Shown here: piece by piece, positions 37,281-47,474 of the stretch
How positions within the stretch are numbered: position 1 is the stretch's first letter
Layout: every line of letters starts with the position of its first letter
Origin: a virus
Reading direction: 5' to 3' (one strand)
Virus record (IMG/VR): IMGVR_UViG_3300030329_006606
Coordinates: 1-64,000 of that record
Length of the DNA: 64,000 nucleotides
The notes under the pieces: generated by a model
Seen by the model: the letters and a program-made list of their open reading frames with translations, nothing else
The model's database searches: none
Told to the model about the DNA's origin: nothing
Position numbers and translations under genes: made by a program

Positions 37281-38048
37281 ATGGATAAAGATAATGTGAT
37301 TCCAATCTTTAAATCTCACTACAGCCTAGGTAAATCCATCCTCACGCTAGAGCCTCCGACAGAAGATAAAACGTACCCTAGGTCTTGTTTGTCCATATGT
37401 AAAGACTACGGGATTTCCAAATTTATACTGGTAGATGATAACATGAGCGGGTTCCTTCAAGCTTATGAATCCTCAAAAGAACTAGGGGTTCAATTGATTT
37501 TTGGTGTGAGAATAACTGTATGCGCAGACATGGAAGAGAAGAATCAGGAGTCGTTAAAGACAAACAATAAAGTAGTAATCTTCGCAAAAAACTCAGAAGG
37601 ATACAAGAAATTAATTAAAATTTACACTCTTGCCGCAAGAAAGGGATTCTACTATGAACCGAGAATAGACAGTGCTAATCTAAAGAAACTATGGGATAAT
37701 AATTTAAAATTATGTATTCCCTTTTATGATTCTTTTATACATGCTAATTTAATCAAAAACAGTCTTTGTGTACCGGAATTTGATTTTACTGAATTAACTT
37801 TCTTTTCAGAAGAAAATGAACTACCTTTTAACTCAATAATCCAAAGTGGCATTGAGAAGTTCGTTGGGGCAAAAAAAGATATAATTAAAGTTAAAAGTAT
37901 ATACTACGAAAAGAAGGAGGACTTTAAAGCCTACCTTACATTTAAATGTATCAACAACAGAACCACACTTGACAAACCAAACTTAGACCACATGACCAGT
38001 AACGAGTTCTGTATTGAAAGCTGGAAGGAAGAAAATGGTACCGTTTAG
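37281..38048 (+). CDS. Stand-alone PHP domain of DNA polymerase III alpha
   Basis: KSHYSLGKS, DDNMSG, IFGV, FAKN.EGYK.L.K, GFYYEPRID match the DnaE N-terminus. Confidence 0.85.
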   Translation: MDKDNVIPIFKSHYSLGKSILTLEPPTEDKTYPRSCLSICKDYGISKFILVDDNMSGFLQAYESSKELGVQLIFGVRITVCADMEEKNQESLKTNNKVVIFAKNSEGYKKLIKIYTLAARKGFYYEPRIDSANLKKLWDNNLKLCIPFYDSFIHANLIKNSLCVPEFDFTELTFFSEENELPFNSIIQSGIEKFVGAKKDIIKVKSIYYEKKEDFKAYLTFKCINNRTTLDKPNLDHMTSNEFCIESWKEENGTV

Positions 38049-38397
38049 AGTTAAAAAGGTAGAGAAAACTTGGGGCCACGAACTGTGGCTTGCCAATAAC
38101 GAAACAGAAAATTACTGCGCCAAAATCCTCTTCATCAAAAAGAATAAGAGCACATCAATGCATTACCACGTCAAAAAGCATGAAACAATGCACGTCTTAA
38201 AAGGAACCTTAATGGTAGAAGGACTAGGAGACAGGCATAACTTCGGGCATAAATTTGCAATGATGGCTAAAGAAGGTGAATCTCTAGAAATAGAAAGGGG
38301 CCGAGCCCATAAACTGGTAGCCCACCACGAAGATTTAACTATCATAGAAGCGAGCACATTCCACAGAGATAAAGACAGCTATAGACTACATAAATAA
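38035..38397 (+). CDS. Cupin (sugar isomerase-like)
   Basis: KVEKTWGHE, SMHYHVKKHET, H, EAST..DSYR. Confidence 0.8.
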   Translation: MVPFRVKKVEKTWGHELWLANNETENYCAKILFIKKNKSTSMHYHVKKHETMHVLKGTLMVEGLGDRHNFGHKFAMMAKEGESLEIERGRAHKLVAHHEDLTIIEASTFHRDKDSYRLHK

Positions 38398-38398
38398 C

Positions 38399-39037
38399 AT
38401 GGACGACCATTTACTTAGATTCGACAAAGAAAAAGTTTACTGTTTCATAGATTTTGAAACGGAAAACCTGTGCCTTAATAATTCCCACAATCTACCTTGG
38501 CAAGTAGCAATGATAAAAGCGGTTGACGGTAAAAAGATAGACGAAAAAAATTTTTACGTCAAATGGCCCCGACAAGTTAATGTAAGTAAGGAAGCCGCTA
38601 GAATAACTAGATTCAACTTAAAGAAATACGAAGAAATCGCCGTACCACACGATCAGATTTTCCCCACCGTTGAAGACTGGTTGGACAATTCTGATTATGT
38701 TTTAGGGCATAATATTTTAGGGTTTGATTTATATCTTATAAAAGATTTCTATAAGGAAATGGGTAAGGATTACAAACATTTGGTCGAAAAAATGATTGAT
38801 ACTATGTGTGTAGCTCGTGGTATAAAATACGACGAACGAATCAAAGACGATGAAAATTTCTTAGCATGGCAATACAAAATGTTACACACCCACAGAAAGG
38901 GTGTAAAAACCAACCTAACAGCCCTAGGTAAAGAATTTGACATACAACACAATTACGAAAAGCTTCACAATGCTATTGTAGATTTAGAATTAAACCTTAA
39001 AGTTTGGAATAAATTAAAATGGATGATTGATGTATAG
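38399..39037 (+). CDS. DEDDh 3'-5' exonuclease (DnaQ-like)
   Basis: IDFETE, GHNILGFD, IDT, HNAIVD. Confidence 0.88.
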   Translation: MDDHLLRFDKEKVYCFIDFETENLCLNNSHNLPWQVAMIKAVDGKKIDEKNFYVKWPRQVNVSKEAARITRFNLKKYEEIAVPHDQIFPTVEDWLDNSDYVLGHNILGFDLYLIKDFYKEMGKDYKHLVEKMIDTMCVARGIKYDERIKDDENFLAWQYKMLHTHRKGVKTNLTALGKEFDIQHNYEKLHNAIVDLELNLKVWNKLKWMIDV

Positions 39038-39045
39038 TGTTAGGT

Positions 39046-40665
39046 ATGAATATTCTTGGTATAACCCACCCCATAAGCTTTAATAGTAGTGCTTGCATAA
39101 TCAGAAGCGACGAACTTATTGCTATAGGAGAAGAGGAAAGGTTTAACAGAGTTAAACACGCCCCTAGAATTTTCCCAGAACAATCTGTAAAATTCTGCCT
39201 GAAAAAAGCGAATTTATCACCCGAAGATATTCATATTGTTGCCGTAGGGTTTGGGGATAAAAATTTCTGCGGAGGACCCGGCAGCAAAGAAATGATCAAG
39301 AGAAACTGGGATAAATGTTTGTTTGGTTTGGCTAAGTTAGGGATAGACTCTTGTAAAACTCGTTTTTTCTCCCACCACTTATGTCATATGATGTCTACCT
39401 TTGCTGCGGGAGGACATAAAAACTGGTCAAATATAATGTCTATCGATGGAGCGGGAGATGATTGCTCTGGGTTCATGGCTAATTCCGAGGGGCTTTTTCG
39501 TGACCTAAAAAGTTCTGTTAACTGCTCTGCTAACACCAGATTTCCTAGCTATATAATCCCTTGTGGAGCCTCTTGGGGGCTGCTATGGGAGGATGTCACC
39601 GAGCTTCTTGGTTTTAAAAGACACTCAGGCGAAGGAAAGACAATGGGGCTCGCCTCTTACGGCCAAGAAGATATGAGGTTATTACCACCTCTATTCTCAG
39701 AGAACTACCCAAACACAGAAAGCTTTAGAAATTTTTTCAAAAGCAATGGGTGGATAAATACCCGCGTAGACCCTTTGTCTGATACAGGCAAAAACCTAGC
39801 GCACACCCTGCAACAATATTATAATGAAAAACTAATTTATTATGCCAGAAGGCTGTACGAGAACACGAACTGCAAAAAGTTTTCCCTAGCAGGAGGGTGT
39901 GCGTTAAATTGTACAGCTAATGGAGAACTAGCCAAGCAAGATTTTGTTAAAGAATTATATATCCAACCCTTAAGTCACGACGCTGGAACTTCCGTTGGCG
40001 CAGCGATCATAGCATACTGGGCCGAAAACAACAAGCTTCCTAAGGCAAGAATGCCTCACGCCTACTGGGGCGCAGAATACTCCCACGAAGAAATACTTAG
40101 CGAATTAAATAAACAAAATATTCCCTTTAAAGAACAAGACCCAGCCAAAGCTGCCGCGGAATTGCTCGCGGATAATAAAGTTGTATGCTTTTTTCAAGGT
40201 CGAGCCGAAGTCGGACCGAGAGCTTTAGGAAACAGGAGTATCCTAGCAAACCCAATCTTTAAAGATAACCTAGATAAAGTTAACAAGATCAAAGGAAGAG
40301 AAAGCTGGAGACCTCTTGCGCCCAGCATTTTAGAAGAAAGTTATTTTGACGTAGTTGATGCAAAATTTTTATCCCCTTTTATGCTTATGGCTGCGCCTGT
40401 AAAAGAATATTATATAGAAAAAATTCCAGCAGTAGTTCATGTAGACAACTCGTGCAGACCCCAATCTGTAAACAAAAACACAAATAAAATTTTTCACAAA
40501 ACAATTCTTGAATTTAAAAAAAGAACTGGTATACCTGTAGTATTGAATACAAGTTATAATTTAAGCCACGAACCCATAGTTAATTCACCAAGGGATGCCA
40601 TCAAGACCTTCTTAAGTTCTGATGCAGACGCCTTAGTTATTGGTGATTTTGTTGTAGAAAAATGA
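39046..40665 (+). CDS. O-carbamoyltransferase (NodU/CmcH/TobZ family)
   Basis: EEERFNRVKH, HHLCH, IDGAGD, EGKTMGLA.YG, GGCALN, E.GPRALGNRSILA, RESWRPLAP, HVD...RPQ, LNTSYN. Confidence 0.95.
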   Translation: MNILGITHPISFNSSACIIRSDELIAIGEEERFNRVKHAPRIFPEQSVKFCLKKANLSPEDIHIVAVGFGDKNFCGGPGSKEMIKRNWDKCLFGLAKLGIDSCKTRFFSHHLCHMMSTFAAGGHKNWSNIMSIDGAGDDCSGFMANSEGLFRDLKSSVNCSANTRFPSYIIPCGASWGLLWEDVTELLGFKRHSGEGKTMGLASYGQEDMRLLPPLFSENYPNTESFRNFFKSNGWINTRVDPLSDTGKNLAHTLQQYYNEKLIYYARRLYENTNCKKFSLAGGCALNCTANGELAKQDFVKELYIQPLSHDAGTSVGAAIIAYWAENNKLPKARMPHAYWGAEYSHEEILSELNKQNIPFKEQDPAKAAAELLADNKVVCFFQGRAEVGPRALGNRSILANPIFKDNLDKVNKIKGRESWRPLAPSILEESYFDVVDAKFLSPFMLMAAPVKEYYIEKIPAVVHVDNSCRPQSVNKNTNKIFHKTILEFKKRTGIPVVLNTSYNLSHEPIVNSPRDAIKTFLSSDADALVIGDFVVEK

Positions 40666-43208
40666 ATTTTATGAGCACATTTGAAAAGCTAGAACTCGAT
40701 CTTCATGGAGTAAGATTGCCGTCTTTCTCTATTGAAAATAAATACAAACGCAACCTCAAAGTTAGCGAAGACATCTCCAACGAAGAATTTTTAGACGCGC
40801 TTTGCCAAGCGGGACTTGATAAAGTAACAGCCAACTTAAACGCAAAGAACGCCAAAGCCTACGAAGCTAGACTTAAAAGAGAGCTCGACACCGTAAAGGA
40901 ACTAGGATTCGTCGATTATTTATTGCTAGTTTGGGACGTGATCAACTTTTGCAACGAAAGTAAAATTCCTACCGGCGTTGGTCGCGGAAGCGCCGCTGGC
41001 AGTTTGATTTTGTTTTTGATTGGGGTAACAAAAGTCGACCCTCTTAAATATAATTTATTCTTCGAAAGATTTATCTCTAAGATTAGAGCTAAGAAAAAAG
41101 TAGTAGATGATATAACTTATCTTGACGGATCATTAATGATGGATGTAGATTTAGACATATGCTACTACAACCGCCAAAAAGTTTTAGAATATTTAGAGAA
41201 TAAATTCGAAGGAAAGACTTCTAAAATCCTTACTCTTAACACTCTAAGCACTAAACTGCTCATAAAAGAATGTGGAAAAGTAATTTCTAATAAAAGCGAA
41301 CAAGAAATGAACAAAGTTTCTGCGCTGATACCCAAGGTCTTTGGGCAAATCAAAAGCCTAGAAGAAGCTTACGCAGAGAAAGAAGAGTTTAAAGGGTGGT
41401 GCGACCAGAACAAAGAAATATATGATATAGCCCTAAAACTCAGGGGCTTAAACAAGAATAAAGGAGTTCATCCGTCAGCGGTTTCACTATCCTTCGATAA
41501 AATGGAGGACTCCTGCCCCACAGAATTAACCTCCGATAAGAAGGGGTTCGTTTCCTCTTATGACATGAATTGGGTTTCTATTTTTAATGTTAAATTAGAT
41601 ATTCTTGGGCTTAGAGCCGTGTCGGTTGTCGATGATGTATGTAAAAACGTTGGCATAGAACTTTCTGATATTGACCTTACGGACCCAGCCATATATCAAA
41701 ACTTACAAGACTTACGTACGCCTCATGGCCTGTTCCAAATCGAAGCGGAAACCAATTATAGAGTCTGCCAAAAAGTTAAACCCAAAAACCTAGAAGAACT
41801 TTCCGCCGTTCTCGCGCTTGCTAGACCGGGAGCCTTGCAGTTTGTAGATCAGTACGCCGCTTACGTAAATGAAGATGAGTACGAACCGATCCACCCTTTC
41901 TTCGATGATATATTATCCTCTACGGGGGGCGTTGCTCTTTACCAAGAGCAGTTAATGCAAATGGCGAATAAGGTTGGGTTCACACTCGACGAAGCCGAAA
42001 TTCTCCGCAGAATCGTAGGTAAGAAAAAGATTTCCGAGGTTAAAAAATGGAAAGCTAAAATTAAAAATAAAATTAAAGAGAAAAAACTAGACCCTAATAT
42101 AGCGGATATTCTTTGGAGCATTTTAGAGGACTCTGCTAATTATTCTTTTAATAAATCTCACTCCATATCCTATGGCGCACTGTGTGCAATCACCACTCAC
42201 TTAAAATTTAAGTATCCCCAACAATTTTTCTTAAGCTTACTTCGAATGACTCGCCACGAGCCAGATCCAATTAGTGAGATATCCAAAATTCAAAAAGAAA
42301 TGGATTACTTCGGCACGAAATTGTTACCGCCACATATTGTGAAATCCAAAATGGACTTCGAGATTGAAGGCGAAGATATAAGATTTGGTTTGCTTTCTAT
42401 TAAAGGCATTAGCGATAAAAGTATAGAAAAACTTAGCGATTTCCGCAGCGAATACTCCAACAAATTCGAAGTATTCGAAGGAGCAAAAGAATGCGGACTA
42501 ACCATAGGAGCACTCTCAGCATTAATCCAAGCCGGTACCTTCCAAGGCTTCAAACAATCTCGCAGTAAGATTGTTTATGAAGCTCAACTTTGGAACGTGC
42601 TAACACAGAAGGAGAAAAAAATCGCCATGGAAGTGGCCTCAAAACATGAGTTTGATTTGGTTGAAGTAATTAAAGACTTAGCTTCAAAAAAGGACGAAAA
42701 AGGTAAACCGTTTATTAAAGAGTCGAGAATGCAAACGATCAAAAGAAAATCAGAACCTTATAAGAAAATATATTTTAAGAATAAAGTCTCTGAATCTTTT
42801 GCCAACTGGTATTATGAAAAGAACTTGCTTGGCTACACATACAACAAGGACTTGCGCGACATATTCTCAGACAAAAGAGAAGACTTAATGAGCCTCAGAG
42901 ATATTGAAGGACTACCCACGGACTCAAGGGTTGTTTTTATTGGTACGGTTAGCGAAAAGCCATTTTTTGGTTCATCAAAGAACGGGAATAATTATATGAA
43001 ATTATTCGTCGAGGACGAGACCGCAGCCCTGAAGACCATGATATTCAACAAGAAGCTAGAAACATGCAAAAGCATGAACGACGGTTTCCCAAAAGAAAAA
43101 AGCATCGTCATCGTCAAGGGTACAACCAAAGACGAAGTGCTGTTCGCAGACAGCATCTCCGTACAAAGCAATAAAATTTACACCAAGCTATCAGAACTAA
43201 AAGAGTAA
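40662..43208 (+). CDS. dnaE: DNA polymerase III alpha catalytic part (no PHP domain)
   Basis: GRGSAAGS, FERF, DVDLD, KLDILGL, RPG, YQEQ, YSFNKSH, C-terminal OB fold. Confidence 0.95.
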   Translation: MNFMSTFEKLELDLHGVRLPSFSIENKYKRNLKVSEDISNEEFLDALCQAGLDKVTANLNAKNAKAYEARLKRELDTVKELGFVDYLLLVWDVINFCNESKIPTGVGRGSAAGSLILFLIGVTKVDPLKYNLFFERFISKIRAKKKVVDDITYLDGSLMMDVDLDICYYNRQKVLEYLENKFEGKTSKILTLNTLSTKLLIKECGKVISNKSEQEMNKVSALIPKVFGQIKSLEEAYAEKEEFKGWCDQNKEIYDIALKLRGLNKNKGVHPSAVSLSFDKMEDSCPTELTSDKKGFVSSYDMNWVSIFNVKLDILGLRAVSVVDDVCKNVGIELSDIDLTDPAIYQNLQDLRTPHGLFQIEAETNYRVCQKVKPKNLEELSAVLALARPGALQFVDQYAAYVNEDEYEPIHPFFDDILSSTGGVALYQEQLMQMANKVGFTLDEAEILRRIVGKKKISEVKKWKAKIKNKIKEKKLDPNIADILWSILEDSANYSFNKSHSISYGALCAITTHLKFKYPQQFFLSLLRMTRHEPDPISEISKIQKEMDYFGTKLLPPHIVKSKMDFEIEGEDIRFGLLSIKGISDKSIEKLSDFRSEYSNKFEVFEGAKECGLTIGALSALIQAGTFQGFKQSRSKIVYEAQLWNVLTQKEKKIAMEVASKHEFDLVEVIKDLASKKDEKGKPFIKESRMQTIKRKSEPYKKIYFKNKVSESFANWYYEKNLLGYTYNKDLRDIFSDKREDLMSLRDIEGLPTDSRVVFIGTVSEKPFFGSSKNGNNYMKLFVEDETAALKTMIFNKKLETCKSMNDGFPKEKSIVIVKGTTKDEVLFADSISVQSNKIYTKLSELKE

Positions 43209-43210
43209 AA

Positions 43211-43993
43211 ATGGAAACAAAAAATATACAAATATCGCCCGACGATTTCAAAGGTAAAAGCCTATACGTTGGAACTCCCTGCTTTGGAGGGAACGCTCGT
43301 GTAGAATTCGTTAAGTCCTTATTTGACCTAACACACCTTTGTGCTCAACTCGGTATACCATTCACAATGAATCTACCAAAAGACGAAAGTCTAATTACTA
43401 GAGCTAGAAACAAAATTGTTTCCCAGTATATGTCCACGGAAAAGACGCATTTAATTTTTATTGACGCAGACATTGAATTTAACGCGTTGGATGTCATAAA
43501 ACTACTATATCACGACAAAGATGTTGTTTGTGGAGCATACCCTTTTAAAAATCTTCCGCCAAGTTATGTAGTAAAACCTAAAAAATCCTCAAACGAGGAG
43601 GTGCTTGTCGAGGTTGAATGGACAGGGACAGGATTTATGATGATAAATCGCAATACGTTTTTAAAGCTTTTTGAAAAAAATGAAGATTTAAAGTGTGACC
43701 TAACAAAAGCCCATGCCACTGGCCAAATACAGTACCACCCTAAGCTGGCCGCAGAAAGCGTGGAGATTGAAAAAATTAAAAATAAATATTATTATGATTT
43801 ATTCGGTGTTATGATCGAAGAAAAGGATGGCTGGAGGAACTACCTCTCAGAAGACTATACGTTTTGCAGAAGATGGCAAAAAATTGGTGGTAAAATATAT
43901 GTTGACCCTAGCATTAAGTTAAATCACATAGGCACACACACATACGAAGGCTCCGTTGAAGAATTAAACAAAGTAATAGAACAAAACTCTTGA
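43211..43993 (+). CDS. Phage GT-A-fold glycosyltransferase-like protein
   Basis: ESLITRARN, FIDADI, GTGFM, LSEDY.FC, HIG. Confidence 0.75.
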   Translation: METKNIQISPDDFKGKSLYVGTPCFGGNARVEFVKSLFDLTHLCAQLGIPFTMNLPKDESLITRARNKIVSQYMSTEKTHLIFIDADIEFNALDVIKLLYHDKDVVCGAYPFKNLPPSYVVKPKKSSNEEVLVEVEWTGTGFMMINRNTFLKLFEKNEDLKCDLTKAHATGQIQYHPKLAAESVEIEKIKNKYYYDLFGVMIEEKDGWRNYLSEDYTFCRRWQKIGGKIYVDPSIKLNHIGTHTYEGSVEELNKVIEQNS

Positions 43994-44026
43994 CAATACT
44001 AAAAAACCCCCTATAATAATAACAGT

Positions 44027-44575
44027 ATGATACACTTCTACAAACCAAACGCCAAAGTAACTGGAACCGCTTGTTCTTTTTACTTAAATTACAGAGATAA
44101 CTCCTTTTTCTCTACCTTAATGAAGCAAGCTTCTTGGGATAGCTCTAAGAAGATAGGGAGATTCCATAAGGATAAGCCAGAATTCAAGGTTAATGTGAAA
44201 TACAGCCCCAAAGAAATAGCTGGGTTCATTAACTCAATCGAAAAAAACGAAGAATGCAACGGTTACCACGGCAGCAATCAGATTGTAAAATATAAGTTTG
44301 CTCCCTATTTGAGAGACAACAAACAAATTGGTTTCTCCTACCTAGTAACCAAAGAATCCAAGGAAGATTCCACCAACAAGGTTAGTTTCATTATTGGATT
44401 TGACTACGCTGAGACTCTGCAACTCAGAGAGCATTTGAAATTTTTACTACACGAAAGCTTCAAAATTACCGACGCTAGCCATCAAGCCTCGGTCACAAAG
44501 AAGTCGTTTGTAAACGAAGAGCCTCCGCCTCCCTCGGTTTCGGAAGATCAAGTTGAAGATGACGACCTCTGGTAA
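44027..44575 (+). CDS. Hypothetical protein, possible ssDNA-binding
   Basis: Beta-rich aromatic core, Pro linker and acidic tail ending EDDDLW. Confidence 0.55.
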   Translation: MIHFYKPNAKVTGTACSFYLNYRDNSFFSTLMKQASWDSSKKIGRFHKDKPEFKVNVKYSPKEIAGFINSIEKNEECNGYHGSNQIVKYKFAPYLRDNKQIGFSYLVTKESKEDSTNKVSFIIGFDYAETLQLREHLKFLLHESFKITDASHQASVTKKSFVNEEPPPPSVSEDQVEDDDLW

Positions 44576-46280
44576 AAAAAAGAAGGTTTTATTCCAAACG
44601 GACTTTAGCCTTGCAAAGACTGGCTTTGGCAGAAACGCCAAAGCCGTTCTCAGTTATTTATACAAAACAAATAAATACGATATAGTACATTACTGTGCTG
44701 GGATGAGAGAGAATAACCCAAGCCTTTCTCGTACACCTTGGAAATCTATAGGAGCAATACCTACCGACCCATTTGTGGTAGAAAAAATAGAGCAAGACGA
44801 AGAGGCGATGAAGCTCGCTGTTTACGGAAACTACCGCCTTGACGAAGTAATAAATTCAGAAAAACCAGATATTTATATTGCAGCGCAAGATATTTGGGGT
44901 ATAGATTTTGCCGTAAAGAAGCCTTGGTTTAATAAAATCTCCTCAGTATTTTGGACAACACTAGACTCACTGCCCATATTACCAAGCGCAGTTCAACTTG
45001 GAGATCAAGTCGAAAATTACTGGGTTTGGTCAAGCTTTGCAACTAACGCACTTCATGAGCACGGACATAACCATGTTAAAACGGTTCACGGACCGATAGA
45101 GAGCCAATACTTTTACAGATTCTCAGACGAAAAAAGAGAGTTACGCCGGAAAAGTTTAAACATTCCCCAAGATTCATTTATAATTGGCTTTGTTTTTAGA
45201 AACCAACTTAGAAAATCCGTTCCCAATCTTCTTCAAGGGTATAAGCTGTGGAAAGAAAAGCAAAAACCCGTCAGACCTACGTTCCTATATCTTCACACAG
45301 ACTTTGGCGAGGGCTGGAACATCTTAGAAAGGGCTGATGAATTTGGAGTTTCACACAAAGAAATAATTTGCACTTATGTATGTGACTCCTGTAAAAATTA
45401 CGACGTTGGACAATTCCGTGGATTAGGTGTGGAGTGCCCCTTCTGTGGAGAAAAAAAATCCATGAGCACAATATCTCCACAAAACGCCGTAACAGAAAAA
45501 GAACTGAATGAGATATACAATATAATGGATGTCTACGTACACCCATTTACATCAGGAGGCCAAGAGATCCCCATACAAGAAGCTAAGCTTACAGAGCTTG
45601 TAACATTGGTTACCAATTATAGTTGTGGAGAAGAAATGTGCCAAAAGGATGCGTACTCCATACCGCTAGAGTGGTTTGAATACCGTGAACCCGGAACAGA
45701 GTTCATAAAGGCATCAACTGATCCAGAATCTATAGCTGAAGGATTATTTCTAGCATACTCCATGTCCAAAGACAAAATTAGAGACATGGGAAAAAAAGCT
45801 AGGGATTGGACGTTAGAAAATTATTCTATAGACTCAATAGGGCCAAAGCTCGAAGAGTTTCTAGACGATTGCCCATTCACGAATTATGATTTCCCAGAAA
45901 ACGAAGAGGAAGAAGAAAAGATTAGCATAGAAGATATGCTGTCAGATGATGATAAAGGACGCAGAATCCTTTACGTTATACCAAGAACAGAAAGAGATGT
46001 TTTCCTTTCTACGAGTTTATTCAAATCTATTAAAGAGCAGTACCCAGACCACAATCTTTACGTTGCTACAGAAAAAGCGTTCTTCCCTGTCCTAGACGGG
46101 AACCCCCATGTTCATAGGGTCTTAGAATACTCTCCCCAAATGGACAACCTTTTCTGGTTAGAGGGAAGGGGAGATCACGACGGCTATTTTGAAATAGCCT
46201 TCTTGCCTCATGTTAATACCCAGAGAATGATAACTTTCCCACATAACGGAAAAGATAAGATAGCTTTTAACTTAACATAA
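44559..46280 (+). CDS. GT4-like glycosyltransferase with zinc-ribbon insert and GT9-like C-terminal domain
   Basis: TGFG, RNQLRK, CDSC..CPFC, GGQEIPIQEA, C-terminal DV...T.L...IK..YP...NPHV. Confidence 0.8.
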   Translation: MTTSGKKKKVLFQTDFSLAKTGFGRNAKAVLSYLYKTNKYDIVHYCAGMRENNPSLSRTPWKSIGAIPTDPFVVEKIEQDEEAMKLAVYGNYRLDEVINSEKPDIYIAAQDIWGIDFAVKKPWFNKISSVFWTTLDSLPILPSAVQLGDQVENYWVWSSFATNALHEHGHNHVKTVHGPIESQYFYRFSDEKRELRRKSLNIPQDSFIIGFVFRNQLRKSVPNLLQGYKLWKEKQKPVRPTFLYLHTDFGEGWNILERADEFGVSHKEIICTYVCDSCKNYDVGQFRGLGVECPFCGEKKSMSTISPQNAVTEKELNEIYNIMDVYVHPFTSGGQEIPIQEAKLTELVTLVTNYSCGEEMCQKDAYSIPLEWFEYREPGTEFIKASTDPESIAEGLFLAYSMSKDKIRDMGKKARDWTLENYSIDSIGPKLEEFLDDCPFTNYDFPENEEEEEKISIEDMLSDDDKGRRILYVIPRTERDVFLSTSLFKSIKEQYPDHNLYVATEKAFFPVLDGNPHVHRVLEYSPQMDNLFWLEGRGDHDGYFEIAFLPHVNTQRMITFPHNGKDKIAFNLT

Positions 46281-46281
46281 C

Positions 46282-47436
46282 ATGCACATACTAGAGTCAT
46301 ATGCGCTAAGTAGCGGAGCAAAAATTGATAAACCATACATATATGGTAAATTTTATCCATTACCTTTTGACAAGTACATAGTCCTTGCAAATTTTAGATA
46401 TAAATATTTTCAGGAAGTTATAGATATAATCCACCCGAAGCTCTCTGAAAAAGGTATCCATATTGTACATCTGTCTAACGCTTCTCATAGTTTTAAAAAC
46501 GTGTACAAAGTTTCTGAGTTCGACCCTAATCAGTCAGCTTATATAATTAACAGGAGCTTGGGGTGCGTTGGTGAAAGTAGCTTCTTTACGGATTTGTCAT
46601 CTTTTTATAACAAGAAAACGGTTTGCTTGTACTCAAACACATACATACAAAACGTAAAACCTTACTGGGCGAAAGAGGATGAATTATCAAATATAGAATC
46701 TTACAAAGACGGAAAAAAACCCTCATTCAATACGCAGGAGGACGCAAGCTTAATAAACTCCATTAAACCAGAGCAGATTGCAAAAGAGATACTAGAAAAG
46801 TTTAACCTAACATTTGACTTTCAGTACGAGACGCTATACTTCGGCGAAGGCTACGACCAAAATACCCCTGTTTTTGATGTCATACCTGACGATTATCCGC
46901 CCTTCATTCTAGAGACAAACGAAGCGTCGATAAGGATGGATTTAAATCATGATGAAGACTTCATGCTGAGACAGTGCCAACACATGACCTACGATATTTA
47001 CGCGGACAAGCCCATCTCTAGAGAAGTTTTACTGGCAACCAAACACAACATCCGCGAGTTCTATTATGTGATAAAGTCGGAAGATTACCCAGACTTCGTT
47101 TCTCTCTTAACCAAGCTGGCTATAAATGTAACGCTTATATCATTCCTTAAAGAAGAGGACTTGACCAGTAAAAAGATAAATTATATGGATTACGACCCCA
47201 TTCTCAATTACCAAGTAAAAGAAATGGCGGAGATAGATCAATTAAAAGGAGAAGATTGTGAAAATTTATTTTATATTTCAAATAAAATTATCATAGACAA
47301 AGGAATGCTCTTCCCCAGCGAACACGCTTGGAAAAATAAGATCGCCATCAATTCTTCGCAAGAGATTGTTAGTTTCAAAAATGATCCAGATTTGCTGATA
47401 GATTTACCGTTTCTAAGGGTCTTAAAGAGAACTTAA
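46282..47436 (+). CDS. Hypothetical protein, GT9-like N-terminal half
   Basis: Weak heptosyltransferase-like pattern (YFQEVI..., AYII, INSIKPEQI); follows GT gene. Confidence 0.5.
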   Translation: MHILESYALSSGAKIDKPYIYGKFYPLPFDKYIVLANFRYKYFQEVIDIIHPKLSEKGIHIVHLSNASHSFKNVYKVSEFDPNQSAYIINRSLGCVGESSFFTDLSSFYNKKTVCLYSNTYIQNVKPYWAKEDELSNIESYKDGKKPSFNTQEDASLINSIKPEQIAKEILEKFNLTFDFQYETLYFGEGYDQNTPVFDVIPDDYPPFILETNEASIRMDLNHDEDFMLRQCQHMTYDIYADKPISREVLLATKHNIREFYYVIKSEDYPDFVSLLTKLAINVTLISFLKEEDLTSKKINYMDYDPILNYQVKEMAEIDQLKGEDCENLFYISNKIIIDKGMLFPSEHAWKNKIAINSSQEIVSFKNDPDLLIDLPFLRVLKRT

Positions 47437-47474
47437 TGTCTTGACAATATATAAATATGTCGTATCATTTAAGT

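Noticed and set aside
18572-43208. Inteins or introns in nrdA, recA, dnaB, dnaE
   Set aside because: Lengths and motif spacing are normal; no intein or homing-endonuclease motifs seen
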